IMG/VR virus record: IMGVR_UViG_3300025000_000107
Span: 1 to 61,011 of that record
Strand: one strand, 5' to 3'
Length of the DNA stretch: 61,011 nt
Source of the DNA: a virus
Lineage: Duplodnaviria; Caudoviricetes
Shown here: positions 29,007 to 38,704 of the stretch, piece after piece
Position numbering within the stretch: position 1 is the stretch's first letter
Layout of the letters: every line of letters starts with the position of its first letter
Notes under the pieces: model-generated
Seen by the model: the letters and a program-made list of their open reading frames with translations, nothing else
What the model was told of the DNA's origin: nothing
The model's database searches: none
Program-made: the position numbers and the translations under genes

Positions 29007-29337
29007 AGTTCTAGCATTACTTACATGTCTCCTAATCCCTGTAGCTGCTTCAGCTGCACCTGGGTGGCAAAGAAACATAACAGTAGATTGGTGGTATGAA
29101 GTACCAACAGACCTAACTGTATCAGGGTTCAAGCTTTATCAGGAAACTCTACCAGCATGTGAGTGGAGTATACCTACTATCAGAACAGGAGCATGCTCTG
29201 TTGTTTTGATAAAGAGGTTCACATCATTTACACTATCAGCTTTGTTTTCTGATGGAACAGAGTCACCACAATCTGAACCCTATGTGCTGAATGACTGGGG
29301 TCCGAAACCTAAGATTAATAACATTATATCAAAATGA
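28993..29337 (+). CDS. secreted fibronectin-III-like small protein
   Basis: Signal peptide ending ASA; W...GFKLY...FTLSA...GTESPQS FN3-like pattern. Confidence 0.55.
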   Translation: MKILKVLALLTCLLIPVAASAAPGWQRNITVDWWYEVPTDLTVSGFKLYQETLPACEWSIPTIRTGACSVVLIKRFTSFTLSALFSDGTESPQSEPYVLNDWGPKPKINNIISK

Positions 29338-29834
29338 AACTACTTAAAGTACTAGCACTAGTGTTCTTAGTGTCTATGTTTGGTTGCTCTAATGGGGATA
29401 AACCTCATGCAAGTGTCTCAGATACTAATCAGGTATATAACCCTATGGAGCAGGATGATGATGATAAGATCCTGAATGAACCTGCAGTAGAGTCAGACTA
29501 TGAGGCTGATGGTATTGTAGATGGGAGTGCAGTATCTGTAGATGAAGGTATGAGTGATGAGTATGGTTCCTACACCTATAGCGGTAAAGGTTCCTTCAAG
29601 ACATACGGTACTCGTAATGGTGGGAGACAGGCTTGGAGAATCCCAGGACCTATGTCTAAGTATGGTAAGGTGTGCAAGGTGGTCTTCTCGGGCGGAGGTA
29701 CTTACTATGTTGTAGCTCAGAAAGCTAATAGGAGTAACAAGGGTTTCGTCTGGAAGAAGGGAAGTCATGGTGGACCTTATATCCACGCTAGATACGGGAA
29801 CAGTTCCCAGTATGTAAACATTTCATGTAGGTGA
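29334..29834 (+). CDS. putative lipoprotein
   Basis: Signal peptide with lipobox-like MFGC. Confidence 0.6.
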   Translation: MKLLKVLALVFLVSMFGCSNGDKPHASVSDTNQVYNPMEQDDDDKILNEPAVESDYEADGIVDGSAVSVDEGMSDEYGSYTYSGKGSFKTYGTRNGGRQAWRIPGPMSKYGKVCKVVFSGGGTYYVVAQKANRSNKGFVWKKGSHGGPYIHARYGNSSQYVNISCR

Positions 29835-29838
29835 TAAT

Positions 29839-30474
29839 ATGAGATTCTTATGGATGTTGGTAGCCCTCTTCATGCTTACTGGTTGTGGAGCTACTTATGA
29901 TGTAGGCCCTGAGATGGGTCAGTTGGCAGCTGCTCAAGAGACTGGTCGTGCTGAATGCATGAAGGCTTATGCTGAGTCACAGAAGGTAGACTGCACTGGT
30001 ATGGATTCTAGAGACTGTATGATGGTTAAGGTACAGCAGCAGACAGCTATCCTTGTAGGAATGGCTACAGGTAAGTCAGCTAACCCTTGCGGGGAAGGCA
30101 GCAACCTGTTTGATGTTATGAAGGAAGAGGTCGCACAGAAGAATGAGTCTCTTAGAAGTGGTATGGGTGTAGCAGGTGGTGTAGCTAAGATCGGTCTTGG
30201 TGTATGGGGTGCTACAGAGATCGTAGACTCTATAGGAAAGAATGCAGGGTCTACCAGTACAGTTAATACCGAGGGTGGTGACTCAACCATCTCGAATACT
30301 AGAAGCAACACAGAGACTAACACTGATGTAAGCAACACTGGAGAAGAGGGTACAGCTACTACGAGTGGTGGCTTTAGTTCAGACCCTGTAGCACCTGTCA
30401 ACACTACTGGAGAGCCAGCTCTTGACCCCGCTACCGAGGTCTCAGATGAAACTATAACTGTTACTAACGACTAA
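29839..30474 (+). CDS. putative lipoprotein
   Basis: Lipobox LTGC; Thr/Ser-rich tail. Confidence 0.65.
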   Translation: MRFLWMLVALFMLTGCGATYDVGPEMGQLAAAQETGRAECMKAYAESQKVDCTGMDSRDCMMVKVQQQTAILVGMATGKSANPCGEGSNLFDVMKEEVAQKNESLRSGMGVAGGVAKIGLGVWGATEIVDSIGKNAGSTSTVNTEGGDSTISNTRSNTETNTDVSNTGEEGTATTSGGFSSDPVAPVNTTGEPALDPATEVSDETITVTND

Positions 30475-30580
30475 TGAACGAGTATAGTCCTCACCCTAAG
30501 GATAAGATCGTAGGTATTAAGATCAATATCCTTAAGGTGCTGAAGATTATTAAGTCACTACTAAAGAAGAGGAAGAAGAA

Positions 30581-30841
30581 ATGATAGTAGTTGACCTATG
30601 GAAAGCAGTACGTGCTGGTAAAGAGCTTAAGAACGCCTCTACGTGGGCGAACAGGCAGGCCCTTACCAGCATATGCGTTGTCGTATTAACGTTCACTGTA
30701 GGTATCTTAAAGTTCCTAGGAGTGGATCTTCCGTTTACTGATGAACAGATCGTAGAAGGTGGAGCTGCAATAGCAACCCTCCTCTTCCTTGGTAACTCTG
30801 TCTTATCAGTAGCTACAACTAAAGATGCTGGAGTTAAATAA
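30581..30841 (+). CDS. putative holin
   Basis: 86 aa, two TM segments, near endolysin. Confidence 0.55.
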   Translation: MIVVDLWKAVRAGKELKNASTWANRQALTSICVVVLTFTVGILKFLGVDLPFTDEQIVEGGAAIATLLFLGNSVLSVATTKDAGVK

Positions 30842-31068
30842 TGGAAAAGTTACTGATGTTACTCAAGATGTTACCCGCACTCTTCACCGCTATGAAGGCT
30901 ATCGAAGAGGCACTCCCTGTTAGTGGTATGGGTAAAGATAAGTTGCAGTTGATTAGGGATATCATGGAGACTGCTTATGAGAATGTAAGTTCTATGTGGC
31001 CATCTATTGAGGTAGTCATTGCTAAGGTTGTAGCACTCTTTAATAAGGCTGGAGTCTTCCAGAAGTAA
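30841..31068 (+). CDS. hypothetical protein in lysis cassette
   Basis: Between holin candidate and endolysin. Confidence 0.55.
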   Translation: MEKLLMLLKMLPALFTAMKAIEEALPVSGMGKDKLQLIRDIMETAYENVSSMWPSIEVVIAKVVALFNKAGVFQK

Positions 31069-31082
31069 TAGTAGGTGATACT

Positions 31083-31490
31083 GTGCATGAGATGCTAAAG
31101 AGGCATGAAGGATTCAGAGAGAAGATGTATAAGGATTCTGTCGGAGTATGGACTATAGGATACGGACTGAATCTAGAGGCTGGTATCACAGAAGAGGAAG
31201 CTGCATACTTACTTGATATGAGAGTGAAGAAGATACAGGAAAGGTTGAGTAGATCCTTATACTTCTGGGATGATCTATCGCCTGTAAGGCAGGAAGTCTT
31301 AATAAACATGGCTTACAATCTAGGGGTTGATGGTCTGTATAAGTTCAGGACCACCTTGAGACTTATGGGGGAGGGTAAGTACGAGGAGGCATCTAAGCAG
31401 ATGCTTAACAGTTTGTGGGCTAGGCAGGTTCCTAATAGAGCTAGAGAGTTGTCTGAACTATTCAGGGTGGGAGGTGATATGAGTGGCTAA
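31083..31490 (+). CDS. endolysin, T4-lysozyme-like (GH24)
   Basis: HEG...D-x5-T catalytic pattern HEGFREKMYKDSVGVWTIGYG; SLWARQVPNRA. Confidence 0.9.
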   Translation: MHEMLKRHEGFREKMYKDSVGVWTIGYGLNLEAGITEEEAAYLLDMRVKKIQERLSRSLYFWDDLSPVRQEVLINMAYNLGVDGLYKFRTTLRLMGEGKYEEASKQMLNSLWARQVPNRARELSELFRVGGDMSG

Positions 31491-32205
31491 GCAGGAGATA
31501 AAGAGTACTAGCATTACTAGTGATGTTAGGGATCAGCTCAATGAAAACTTTACTGAGATCTATAGTGATAAGGTTCCTTATACTGGAGCTACAGGTCCTG
31601 TAGATCTTGGAGTACAACCACTCGTAGTGGGGGAGATACAATCAACAGGTAATCTTACAATCAATTGCGGAACTAATTGTACAATAGTTTTACAAGAACT
31701 TGTATGGGAAGATCTTAGGTTTCCTGCTACTACTACGAAGCTAGGGGCTACTAGTAAACCTGACTTCGACTATACGAATGTAGGTCTTCTGTTCCCACAG
31801 AATGATGCCACTGAGATAACATATATTAATGTACAGATGCCTCATGCATACAGTATAGGTACTGATATAGTTCCTCATGTACACTTTATTCAGTCAGCAG
31901 CTACAGTACCTGTGTTTAAGATGAGCTATAGGTGGTATGATATGGGTGAAAGTGCAATAGGTGCATTCACTACAATAGCTACCAGCACTTTAGTGTACAC
32001 TTACACATCAGGTAGTATACATCAGTTAGCTAAGTTTCCAAATATAGTATGTCCAGTTACTGGAATGTCTTCTATGCTAGATATAAAACTCTATAGGGAA
32101 GATAACGTAGTAACAGGTGATGTACTAGTGAAAGAGTTTGACATTCATTATCAGATAGACACAATAGGTTCTTCAACAGAATCATCTAAATTTCAAGGAG
32201 ATTGA
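31483..32205 (+). CDS. virion accessory protein with shared N-terminal anchor
   Basis: MAKQEIK...RDQLNENFTEIY anchor, beta-rich C-domain. Confidence 0.55.
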   Translation: MAKQEIKSTSITSDVRDQLNENFTEIYSDKVPYTGATGPVDLGVQPLVVGEIQSTGNLTINCGTNCTIVLQELVWEDLRFPATTTKLGATSKPDFDYTNVGLLFPQNDATEITYINVQMPHAYSIGTDIVPHVHFIQSAATVPVFKMSYRWYDMGESAIGAFTTIATSTLVYTYTSGSIHQLAKFPNIVCPVTGMSSMLDIKLYREDNVVTGDVLVKEFDIHYQIDTIGSSTESSKFQGD

Positions 32206-32209
32206 TTAA

Positions 32210-32734
32210 ATGGCAAGGCAAGAAATCAAAGGCGTATCTATTAACAGTGACGAGCGTGACCAGCTTAATGCAAACTTCACTGAGCTGTACGCACCACTCA
32301 CAGTAGCTGGCGTTACGGCATCTGCTGCTGAGCTGAATATCCTCGATGGTGTTACAGCTATCGCTGCTGAGATCAACACACTTGATGGAGTTCCTACTCA
32401 CTTCACTACTGCTACTGTACCAGCATCTGGTACTTGTGCAGCAACCTTTACGCTTGCTAATGTCAGCGAGGCTATTGAGTCTGGTACAATCTTGAGTGGT
32501 CTTGGGTACATCTCTACCTCTATCAACACGCTAGGGACTGCAATTACGTCAGTAGCTACGCTGAGTAAGGGCACTATCAATACCCTTGTAACCGGGTCTA
32601 TCTTCTTCTGGGTTGCTGATGGATCTGGAGAACTCAACATGACCCTTACAGGTGCTGCAGGTTCTTATTATGTATCTCTGTTAATGCCCACTGGTGAGGC
32701 TTGGAGATCAGAGGCTTGTGTTATTAACGCATAA
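32210..32734 (+). CDS. virion accessory (fibre-like) protein with shared N-terminal anchor
   Basis: MARQEIK...RDQLNANFTELY; two AAELNxLDGV repeats. Confidence 0.55.
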   Translation: MARQEIKGVSINSDERDQLNANFTELYAPLTVAGVTASAAELNILDGVTAIAAEINTLDGVPTHFTTATVPASGTCAATFTLANVSEAIESGTILSGLGYISTSINTLGTAITSVATLSKGTINTLVTGSIFFWVADGSGELNMTLTGAAGSYYVSLLMPTGEAWRSEACVINA

Positions 32735-32753
32735 CGGATAGCTAGAACGACAG

Positions 32754-32793
32754 AGGGCCTATAGGAAATGAATCCTATAGGCCCTTTTTGTTT
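32754..32793. terminator. terminator at convergence of late (+) and early/middle (-) arms
   Basis: AGGGCCTATAGGA / TCCTATAGGCCCT 13-bp stem followed by TTTTGTTT. Confidence 0.85.
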
Positions 32794-32796
32794 GTA

Positions 32797-33159
32797 TTAC
32801 ATCGTTCGTTTCTTCCTAGTCCTCTTTACCTTCATCATCTTAGCTGCTTCAGATACTTGAGCACCTATAGTATTACCACCTACCTGTGCTCTCCTAGCCT
32901 CTCTAGCTGCTGTAGAGTTACCACCAGTATTAGCCTTACCTGCAGCAGCCATAGCACCTATAGCGCCCATCTTAGGGGGGGTAGCTGGCTTAGCTGCCCT
33001 CACTGTATTAGCTATAGAAGACCTTTTAGCTTTAGACCTAGCTCCCTTCACCCTCTCAGCTGCCTTAGTAACCATCGTACCTCGCATAGCTTCAGGGCTA
33101 GTGGTTGCTGCCTTAGACTGCTTACCTGCTTCAATAATGTCTCTAATACCTGCCATCAT
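32797..33159 (-). CDS. small basic Ala/Lys/Arg-rich protein
   Basis: AAGGAG RBS; motif variant AACTATATAG upstream at 33206-33215. Confidence 0.55.
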   Translation of the reverse strand: MMAGIRDIIEAGKQSKAATTSPEAMRGTMVTKAAERVKGARSKAKRSSIANTVRAAKPATPPKMGAIGAMAAAGKANTGGNSTAAREARRAQVGGNTIGAQVSEAAKMMKVKRTRKKRTM

Positions 33160-33205
33160 TTCTCCTTAATTGATATTGATAAATACGAAAGGTTAGTACT
33201 ATAGT

Positions 33206-34141
33206 CTATATAGTTATTACTTTCTTTAAGAAATAATCTATACAACTTCCACGAGTAAATACTGCAGTGTGTCCAGCCTTCTCAAAGTTCTTAGTGGTTA
33301 TCACCTTCGAGGAAACCTTATTGATAATATCTAAAGCCTGTGTTGGATGGGTAATCTGATCATCCTCCCCCGTATAGATATGAAGGGGACATGTGATGTT
33401 CTCTAACTTAGGAACTCTACCATCTGAGAGAACCCAAGTACCATCGTACAACCTGTTGTTAAAGAAATGATTATCTAGGGCCTCTATAAACCATCCACCA
33501 TGCAGGTCTATAGGGCTGTCATACCAGTTGTTCTCAGCAATCCACTTATCTATACTATTTGAGTCACATCTAAGGAAGTGAACATAGAGGTTGTAGTACC
33601 TAGTGAAGAAGGTAGGCATAGGGTTAGAGATAGCAAACGCTAACCACTGCAATGAACCTAGTTGGATACCACCATTGAGGGCAACTACACCCTTGTGGTA
33701 ATCTAAGGAACCCTTAGAGCAATAGTCCTCTATAGAGTTATCCTCACCTGTCTTGGTGTTAATAGGAGATGCAAACATCGAGAAGCTCTTAGCTGTCTCT
33801 GGATACAGAGAGATGAATATAGCTGAGAGCCAACCACCCTGACAGACTCCTACGATGTCTAAAGGGCTGTTACCTATTGTATCTACACAGATCTTCATCT
33901 TACCTACAAGACCTAGTACATCCAGCTTACAGGTCTTAGAGGTGGCCGGCAGTAACTCCATAGTATACACAGCTCTGCTACAAGATGCTATACCATCTAT
34001 CAGCCTTTGAGTAATACAACCATGCCTCCCCGCATGAGGAGGTATTACAAGGATAGGATCTCCACAGTCTGTATTCCAACCGTGAAGCTTTATGCAATCA
34101 TCTGAATACAGTACAACACTTCTCTTAAACTCTTGACTCAT
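33206..34141 (-). CDS. alpha/beta hydrolase, PHA depolymerase/synthase-like (Cys nucleophile)
   Basis: PILVIPPHAG oxyanion region, GVCQGG nucleophile elbow, GEDDQIT Asp, AGH His. Confidence 0.75.
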   Translation of the reverse strand: MSQEFKRSVVLYSDDCIKLHGWNTDCGDPILVIPPHAGRHGCITQRLIDGIASCSRAVYTMELLPATSKTCKLDVLGLVGKMKICVDTIGNSPLDIVGVCQGGWLSAIFISLYPETAKSFSMFASPINTKTGEDNSIEDYCSKGSLDYHKGVVALNGGIQLGSLQWLAFAISNPMPTFFTRYYNLYVHFLRCDSNSIDKWIAENNWYDSPIDLHGGWFIEALDNHFFNNRLYDGTWVLSDGRVPKLENITCPLHIYTGEDDQITHPTQALDIINKVSSKVITTKNFEKAGHTAVFTRGSCIDYFLKKVITI

Positions 34142-34167
34142 GAATAACTATCCTTTGTTAATAGGCT

Positions 34168-36087
34168 TTACAAGTCGCACTTTCCACCTGCACAAGCATA
34201 TTCTTGTGAGGATATTGTATTATCTTCCTTCTCATAATCCTTTAGCTTCTCCCAGTTAATCACAGGGAACTGAGCTGATAGCAACTCCCACGTACCCTCA
34301 TCACAGGGGGTATAAGGGTTGATATCATACACTGAGTCATCTACTGGGAAGAATGATAGTCCACCAATACAATCCCAATTCCTCCAGACCCATGCCTGTA
34401 CCTCTGTAAAGTCTTGGTCAGTGTAGTAGATAGTCTGACTAGGGTTACCGTCACACCAGTAGTCCCTGTAGATCTTCCATAACTCTAGCTGCTCTATAGG
34501 TCCCATCTGATCCTGAGTAACAGAACCTTCAGGTGCCTTGATAGGAAATGCAAAGTAAGTCTTATCGCCCTTCACTTGATGCGGGACGCCCTGGTCAATG
34601 AGCATCTGAGTAAGAGGGTCTTTATTATCTTGTGTAACTTTACGGATAAAGAACTTGCTGTACCTTGGGTGCATCCCACTACTGGAGTCGACCAGCTGAG
34701 ATACAGTACCACTAGGCTTAATAAGAGTAAGTTGCTTAGAAGGATTAACGCCAAGTCTTTCAGCCCATTCGTCATTAGTAGATCGAGCTACCTCCTTTAA
34801 GTATACGAGTACGTCAGATAGTGAGAAGAAGTACCTATCCCCTGTGGGGGTATTCACTAAGACTGCACTAGCGTATGGTGTAGAACAACACATCATCGGG
34901 TTGTCCATAACACCTGTGAAGCTTACACCAAGCAGACGTTCCTCTTCTGCATTCTTCTTCCAAACCTTACGTAAGTATCTGAAGTCTGTCAGTGTTGACT
35001 GTAGTGTACCGATAATGGTAGCAATCCTAACCTTCTCTACAAGAGACTCTACTGTATCTTCAGGCCTGATAACTACTTCAGTTAAGTTACACAACCCTCC
35101 AGTGCTACGGAGGATAGCCTCACCACAAGGGTTCAGTATGTAGTGCATCTCAGGATCACGACCACAACCTACAGCCTTCTCAAGTAAAGCCTTCTGGTTA
35201 ACCATACCACGTTCACCAGCCCTACTTTTGTACATACTCCTGAACTCACCAAGGAATGAATCAAGGTCAGGCTTCTCAGTGTACATCACTGAGTTGTTAG
35301 CTAAGAATCTCTGAGGATCTGTCAGGTAGAACTCCCCAGTCTTACAGCGCCGCATGCGGTCATCAGTAAGATTAGACATAGAGATACAAGCAGACCTCCT
35401 AACGCCTCCGACGATAACAGTATCAGCAATTTGGCATATAAGATCGTGACACTCCAGACTATTAAGCTCCCTACCAATAGCCCTATTGAAAAGCGCAACC
35501 ACTTTCCTAAAGAGTAGATCCAAGGGTTCAGGGCCACTACTTCTACCTCCGAATGTTTTAAGTCTAGCACCTGCAGGTCTTACTAGTGAGAGGTCCCACT
35601 TAGGTACGTCTCCACTGTATAGCAGGGCTATCAGTTCCTTCAATGCCTTGCTCCAACCTTCCTTACTATCCTGAACTAAGATGGTGGTATCTGTGCTATG
35701 CATGCTCTCAGCTACAGTAGGCATCTGATTAATGAACTGTCTCTCAACAGAGAACCCTACACCACTACCGTTCATCAAGATGTAGAAGATCTCATCGAAT
35801 ACTCTAGGGCTATCGACTGAGATACCAGCACAGTTATACCCTGCAAGGTTGTCCCTCTTCAAGGCTCTGCCTGCAGTCATCATGGCCCTCATACTAGGCA
35901 TCACTTGCATATTGAAGATAGAGTCACCTATGGTGGTGGCCTCTTCATCTGTGATGACACCAGTTTCCAGGAAGAACTCTACATACCTATCAACCGTTTC
36001 TCCCCATGTTTCCCTACGCTTAAGCTTATCTCTAAACCTAGCGTACTTACTGATGTGGATGTAGCGCATATAGTCATTCATTATCAT
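34168..36087 (-). CDS. nrdJ: class II (adenosylcobalamin-dependent) ribonucleotide reductase
   Basis: RRETWGETVDRY, MPSMR, YNC, VGGVRRSA, NPCGE...LCNLTE, IKPSGTVS, C-terminal CAGGKC; no beta-subunit gene seen. Confidence 0.9.
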   Translation of the reverse strand: MIMNDYMRYIHISKYARFRDKLKRRETWGETVDRYVEFFLETGVITDEEATTIGDSIFNMQVMPSMRAMMTAGRALKRDNLAGYNCAGISVDSPRVFDEIFYILMNGSGVGFSVERQFINQMPTVAESMHSTDTTILVQDSKEGWSKALKELIALLYSGDVPKWDLSLVRPAGARLKTFGGRSSGPEPLDLLFRKVVALFNRAIGRELNSLECHDLICQIADTVIVGGVRRSACISMSNLTDDRMRRCKTGEFYLTDPQRFLANNSVMYTEKPDLDSFLGEFRSMYKSRAGERGMVNQKALLEKAVGCGRDPEMHYILNPCGEAILRSTGGLCNLTEVVIRPEDTVESLVEKVRIATIIGTLQSTLTDFRYLRKVWKKNAEEERLLGVSFTGVMDNPMMCCSTPYASAVLVNTPTGDRYFFSLSDVLVYLKEVARSTNDEWAERLGVNPSKQLTLIKPSGTVSQLVDSSSGMHPRYSKFFIRKVTQDNKDPLTQMLIDQGVPHQVKGDKTYFAFPIKAPEGSVTQDQMGPIEQLELWKIYRDYWCDGNPSQTIYYTDQDFTEVQAWVWRNWDCIGGLSFFPVDDSVYDINPYTPCDEGTWELLSAQFPVINWEKLKDYEKEDNTISSQEYACAGGKCDL

Positions 36088-36685
36088 ACTCCGAGATCTT
36101 CTTACACAAATCTATAAACTCCTTCTGGTCCATATCCTGTTTCATTATGTTTATACGCTTATCAACAAACTGAATATTATCTGAGACATATCCAACACTA
36201 GAGTCTATTCTGTCAACTGAAGCGTTTCCCCTTTCTTTAGAAGGATTTGTATACTGCACTTCAGAGAAGCATAAAGGTATCCCACTCAATGCACATCTCC
36301 CACCTTGCTTGACCCACTGACTCTCTAAATCGTCAATAGATATAGAGCACTCTAATACTCTACTACGGTTTAATGTATTTCGTATCTTAGACAGAACAGA
36401 ATAAGGAACCTCTTCAACACCCTTCCAATGTGGGCTATTGTTCCCCCGCTTGCTACCTCCATTACACTTCCGACAAGACTTTGGTGAGTTCTTACCAAAC
36501 AGTGTAGACGGTTGTATGAATCTTTTGAAACCACATTTACACTCAACCTCCCACAACTGATAGCACCTATCCCCTACCAACCTCTCAGTATTGAGTATAG
36601 TCCAGTCGTGTACCGTATCTCCACACCTATCTGATATACTATATTTTCCGTTCAAACAACTCTCCTCTCTATAAAGAACCACCAC
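36074..36685 (-). CDS. putative HNH-type homing endonuclease
   Basis: WEVECKCG, CRKC, QGGRCALSG, ASVDRIDSSVGYVSDNIQFV. Confidence 0.7.
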   Translation of the reverse strand: MVVLYREESCLNGKYSISDRCGDTVHDWTILNTERLVGDRCYQLWEVECKCGFKRFIQPSTLFGKNSPKSCRKCNGGSKRGNNSPHWKGVEEVPYSVLSKIRNTLNRSRVLECSISIDDLESQWVKQGGRCALSGIPLCFSEVQYTNPSKERGNASVDRIDSSVGYVSDNIQFVDKRINIMKQDMDQKEFIDLCKKISEYDNE

Positions 36686-36737
36686 ATGATAGGGGCTATT
36701 ATAATAACAACTATCACCTGAGGTAATGTAACATCCA

Positions 36738-37082
36738 CTATCCTAGCTGCTCCCTCTCCAGTTCTCGATTAGCGAACCAGATAATTTTATTCAACTCACG
36801 TACCTTATCAGAGTGCTTACATGAACCCATCCTGTAGCAAGCCTTGAAAATATTACCCAGTGCAAAGTTCATCTCTCTATACTCTATCAGATCCTGTAGG
36901 TCTATAGCACCTTTAGGTAACCCATACTGAGACGGGGTGCTACCACCTGGAGGGCCATCAATTCCTTCAGAAGGTTTATCTCCATACCAAGTAGTATAGA
37001 TAGGATCACTAGCATCTTGATAAGGCTTATTGTTCATCACACGTTTCCACTCAGCGGGTGTTAGTACTCTATCTATCTTCAC
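36738..37082 (-). CDS. DUF3310 / T7 gp1.7-like protein
   Basis: PSQY...DLIE...MNFALGNIFKACYR...ELNKIIWF. Confidence 0.65.
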   Translation of the reverse strand: MKIDRVLTPAEWKRVMNNKPYQDASDPIYTTWYGDKPSEGIDGPPGGSTPSQYGLPKGAIDLQDLIEYREMNFALGNIFKACYRMGSCKHSDKVRELNKIIWFANRELEREQLG

Positions 37083-37398
37083 TGATCTCCTTCTCCTTCA
37101 TGGCTAAGAGTTTGAATGGGTGACTACCCTTATAGTACCTATCCTCTTGTACTGGTACTCGAACAGCCCTAACACGTAGGAACTCTGGAGGTACATGAAA
37201 CTCCATAGGTTCTTCAACTATGTTTACCTCTGGAGGATCCACTACCTGACGTGCCCACTCAGGGTCTACATAGCGCTCTCTCATTCTCTCAACAGCTTCC
37301 CTATACATCCTCTCACCATAGACTGTACTAGTTGTTGATGATGAAGAAGATGTATCTGTTGTTACATACCTATGATATGTCCAATCACTTGATGGCAT
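37069..37398 (-). CDS. hypothetical protein
   Basis: Overlapping ORF in operon. Confidence 0.5.
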   Translation of the reverse strand: MPSSDWTYHRYVTTDTSSSSSTTSTVYGERMYREAVERMRERYVDPEWARQVVDPPEVNIVEEPMEFHVPPEFLRVRAVRVPVQEDRYYKGSHPFKLLAMKEKEISEDR

Positions 37399-37639
37399 TG
37401 TTCTCGTCTATTACATGTGCATGTACACCACGAGGATCGTCTCCTAGTGTGCGTGAGTAGTTATCCTTACTCCAACAGAACCCCTTAAGCTGGAAGCCAG
37501 CACACCCCACACCCCTAGAGATGTGAAAGCTAGAACACTCAGGGCATGGCATGTCTGTAGGATTATCTCTATGTGCTACAGGAAGTAGCTCTTCCCATTC
37601 ATGGTTACAATCTTTACAGGTATAGGAATAGGTAGGCAT
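37385..37639 (-). CDS. FmdB-family zinc-ribbon protein
   Basis: MPTYSYTCKDC...CPEC...GFQLKG. Confidence 0.8.
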   Translation of the reverse strand: MPTYSYTCKDCNHEWEELLPVAHRDNPTDMPCPECSSFHISRGVGCAGFQLKGFCWSKDNYSRTLGDDPRGVHAHVIDENNAIK

Positions 37640-37768
37640 TAATAGTGCTCCTCCATATCTTCATCATCTTCAGCATCAAGCAGTTCCATCATTTCCTCTA
37701 CCTCTTCAAGCAACTCGTCAAGGTTAGAAATCTCAGCAGTAATAGTGTTAGCTACTGCAGTCAACTTT

Positions 37769-38071
37769 CTAATCACAGTCTTCTTCTTCATTTGTTTCTC
37801 CAGTAACAGAATATATATCTAAGCACCCTCTACAGGTACTAGAAGTTTCATCATACCCACTAAAGTCTATGCAACAATCACATATCCTTAGGAAGATTTC
37901 ATCCCTTTCTGGTGGTGTATAAAATGTTCTCCAATTGTTACGACTCTTGTACATCCCACAGATATCCTTCCTATCAGTCCAGTCAAATACCCTGGCCCTT
38001 CTGGATAGATGACACCTATGGAATGAACAAGTTCGTACTAGGCAATCAAATGAGGTACAGAATAATCTCAC
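37769..38071 (-). CDS. Cys-rich hypothetical protein
   Basis: ATGA overlap with dUTPase. Confidence 0.45.
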   Translation of the reverse strand: MRLFCTSFDCLVRTCSFHRCHLSRRARVFDWTDRKDICGMYKSRNNWRTFYTPPERDEIFLRICDCCIDFSGYDETSSTCRGCLDIYSVTGETNEEEDCD

Positions 38072-38493
38072 TTCCCTGTGCTGCCGAAACCTCCAGCACC
38101 CCTAATAGTTTCTGAGAGTTTATCTGTTTCAAGAAGATCTCCTGTGTAGTGAGGAACGAATGTTATCTGTGCGAACCTATCACCCTTCTTAATATGCACT
38201 CCACTCATCCCGAGATTAAATACCTTAACCTTAACCTCCCCCCTAAAATCCGAATCTATTAGCCCGAGAGATGCCACAGAATCCATCTTAAAGGCCAAAG
38301 ACGAACGATGGGAGAGTAGTCCTAACCACCCCTTGTCAATCTCTAATGCGATGCCTGTACCTATAACCTCGCTCATTCCTGGGACTAATAGAACATCCTC
38401 GGTGCTATAGAGATCATAGGCACCAGCCCATATAGATCCTTTAGTTGGGATGGTAGCGTCTTCAGTTAACTTCATAACCTTAATGCACATCAT
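38068..38493 (-). CDS. dut: trimeric dUTPase
   Basis: AGAYDL, RSSL, GLIDSDFRGE, GDRFAQ, RGAGGFGSTG motifs I-V. Confidence 0.95.
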   Translation of the reverse strand: MMCIKVMKLTEDATIPTKGSIWAGAYDLYSTEDVLLVPGMSEVIGTGIALEIDKGWLGLLSHRSSLAFKMDSVASLGLIDSDFRGEVKVKVFNLGMSGVHIKKGDRFAQITFVPHYTGDLLETDKLSETIRGAGGFGSTGK

Positions 38494-38704
38494 ACACCTC
38501 CAGGTAAAGATCTCCTAAGAAATCTGTCTTGAATACATTACTTACCTTACACTGTGGACATACCACTATAGCACCATGAGACATTAGTGCTACCATAGGA
38601 TCCATCCTACCACCACAGTAATACTCTCCATAACCTTGATCTAACTGCATGGTGAGTTCGTGTTCACATACAGCACAGTTACCTGATACGTTAGAGAAGC
38701 TCAT
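38480..38704 (-). CDS. zinc-ribbon hypothetical protein
   Basis: CAVC and CPQC. Confidence 0.5.
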   Translation of the reverse strand: MSFSNVSGNCAVCEHELTMQLDQGYGEYYCGGRMDPMVALMSHGAIVVCPQCKVSNVFKTDFLGDLYLEVYDVH

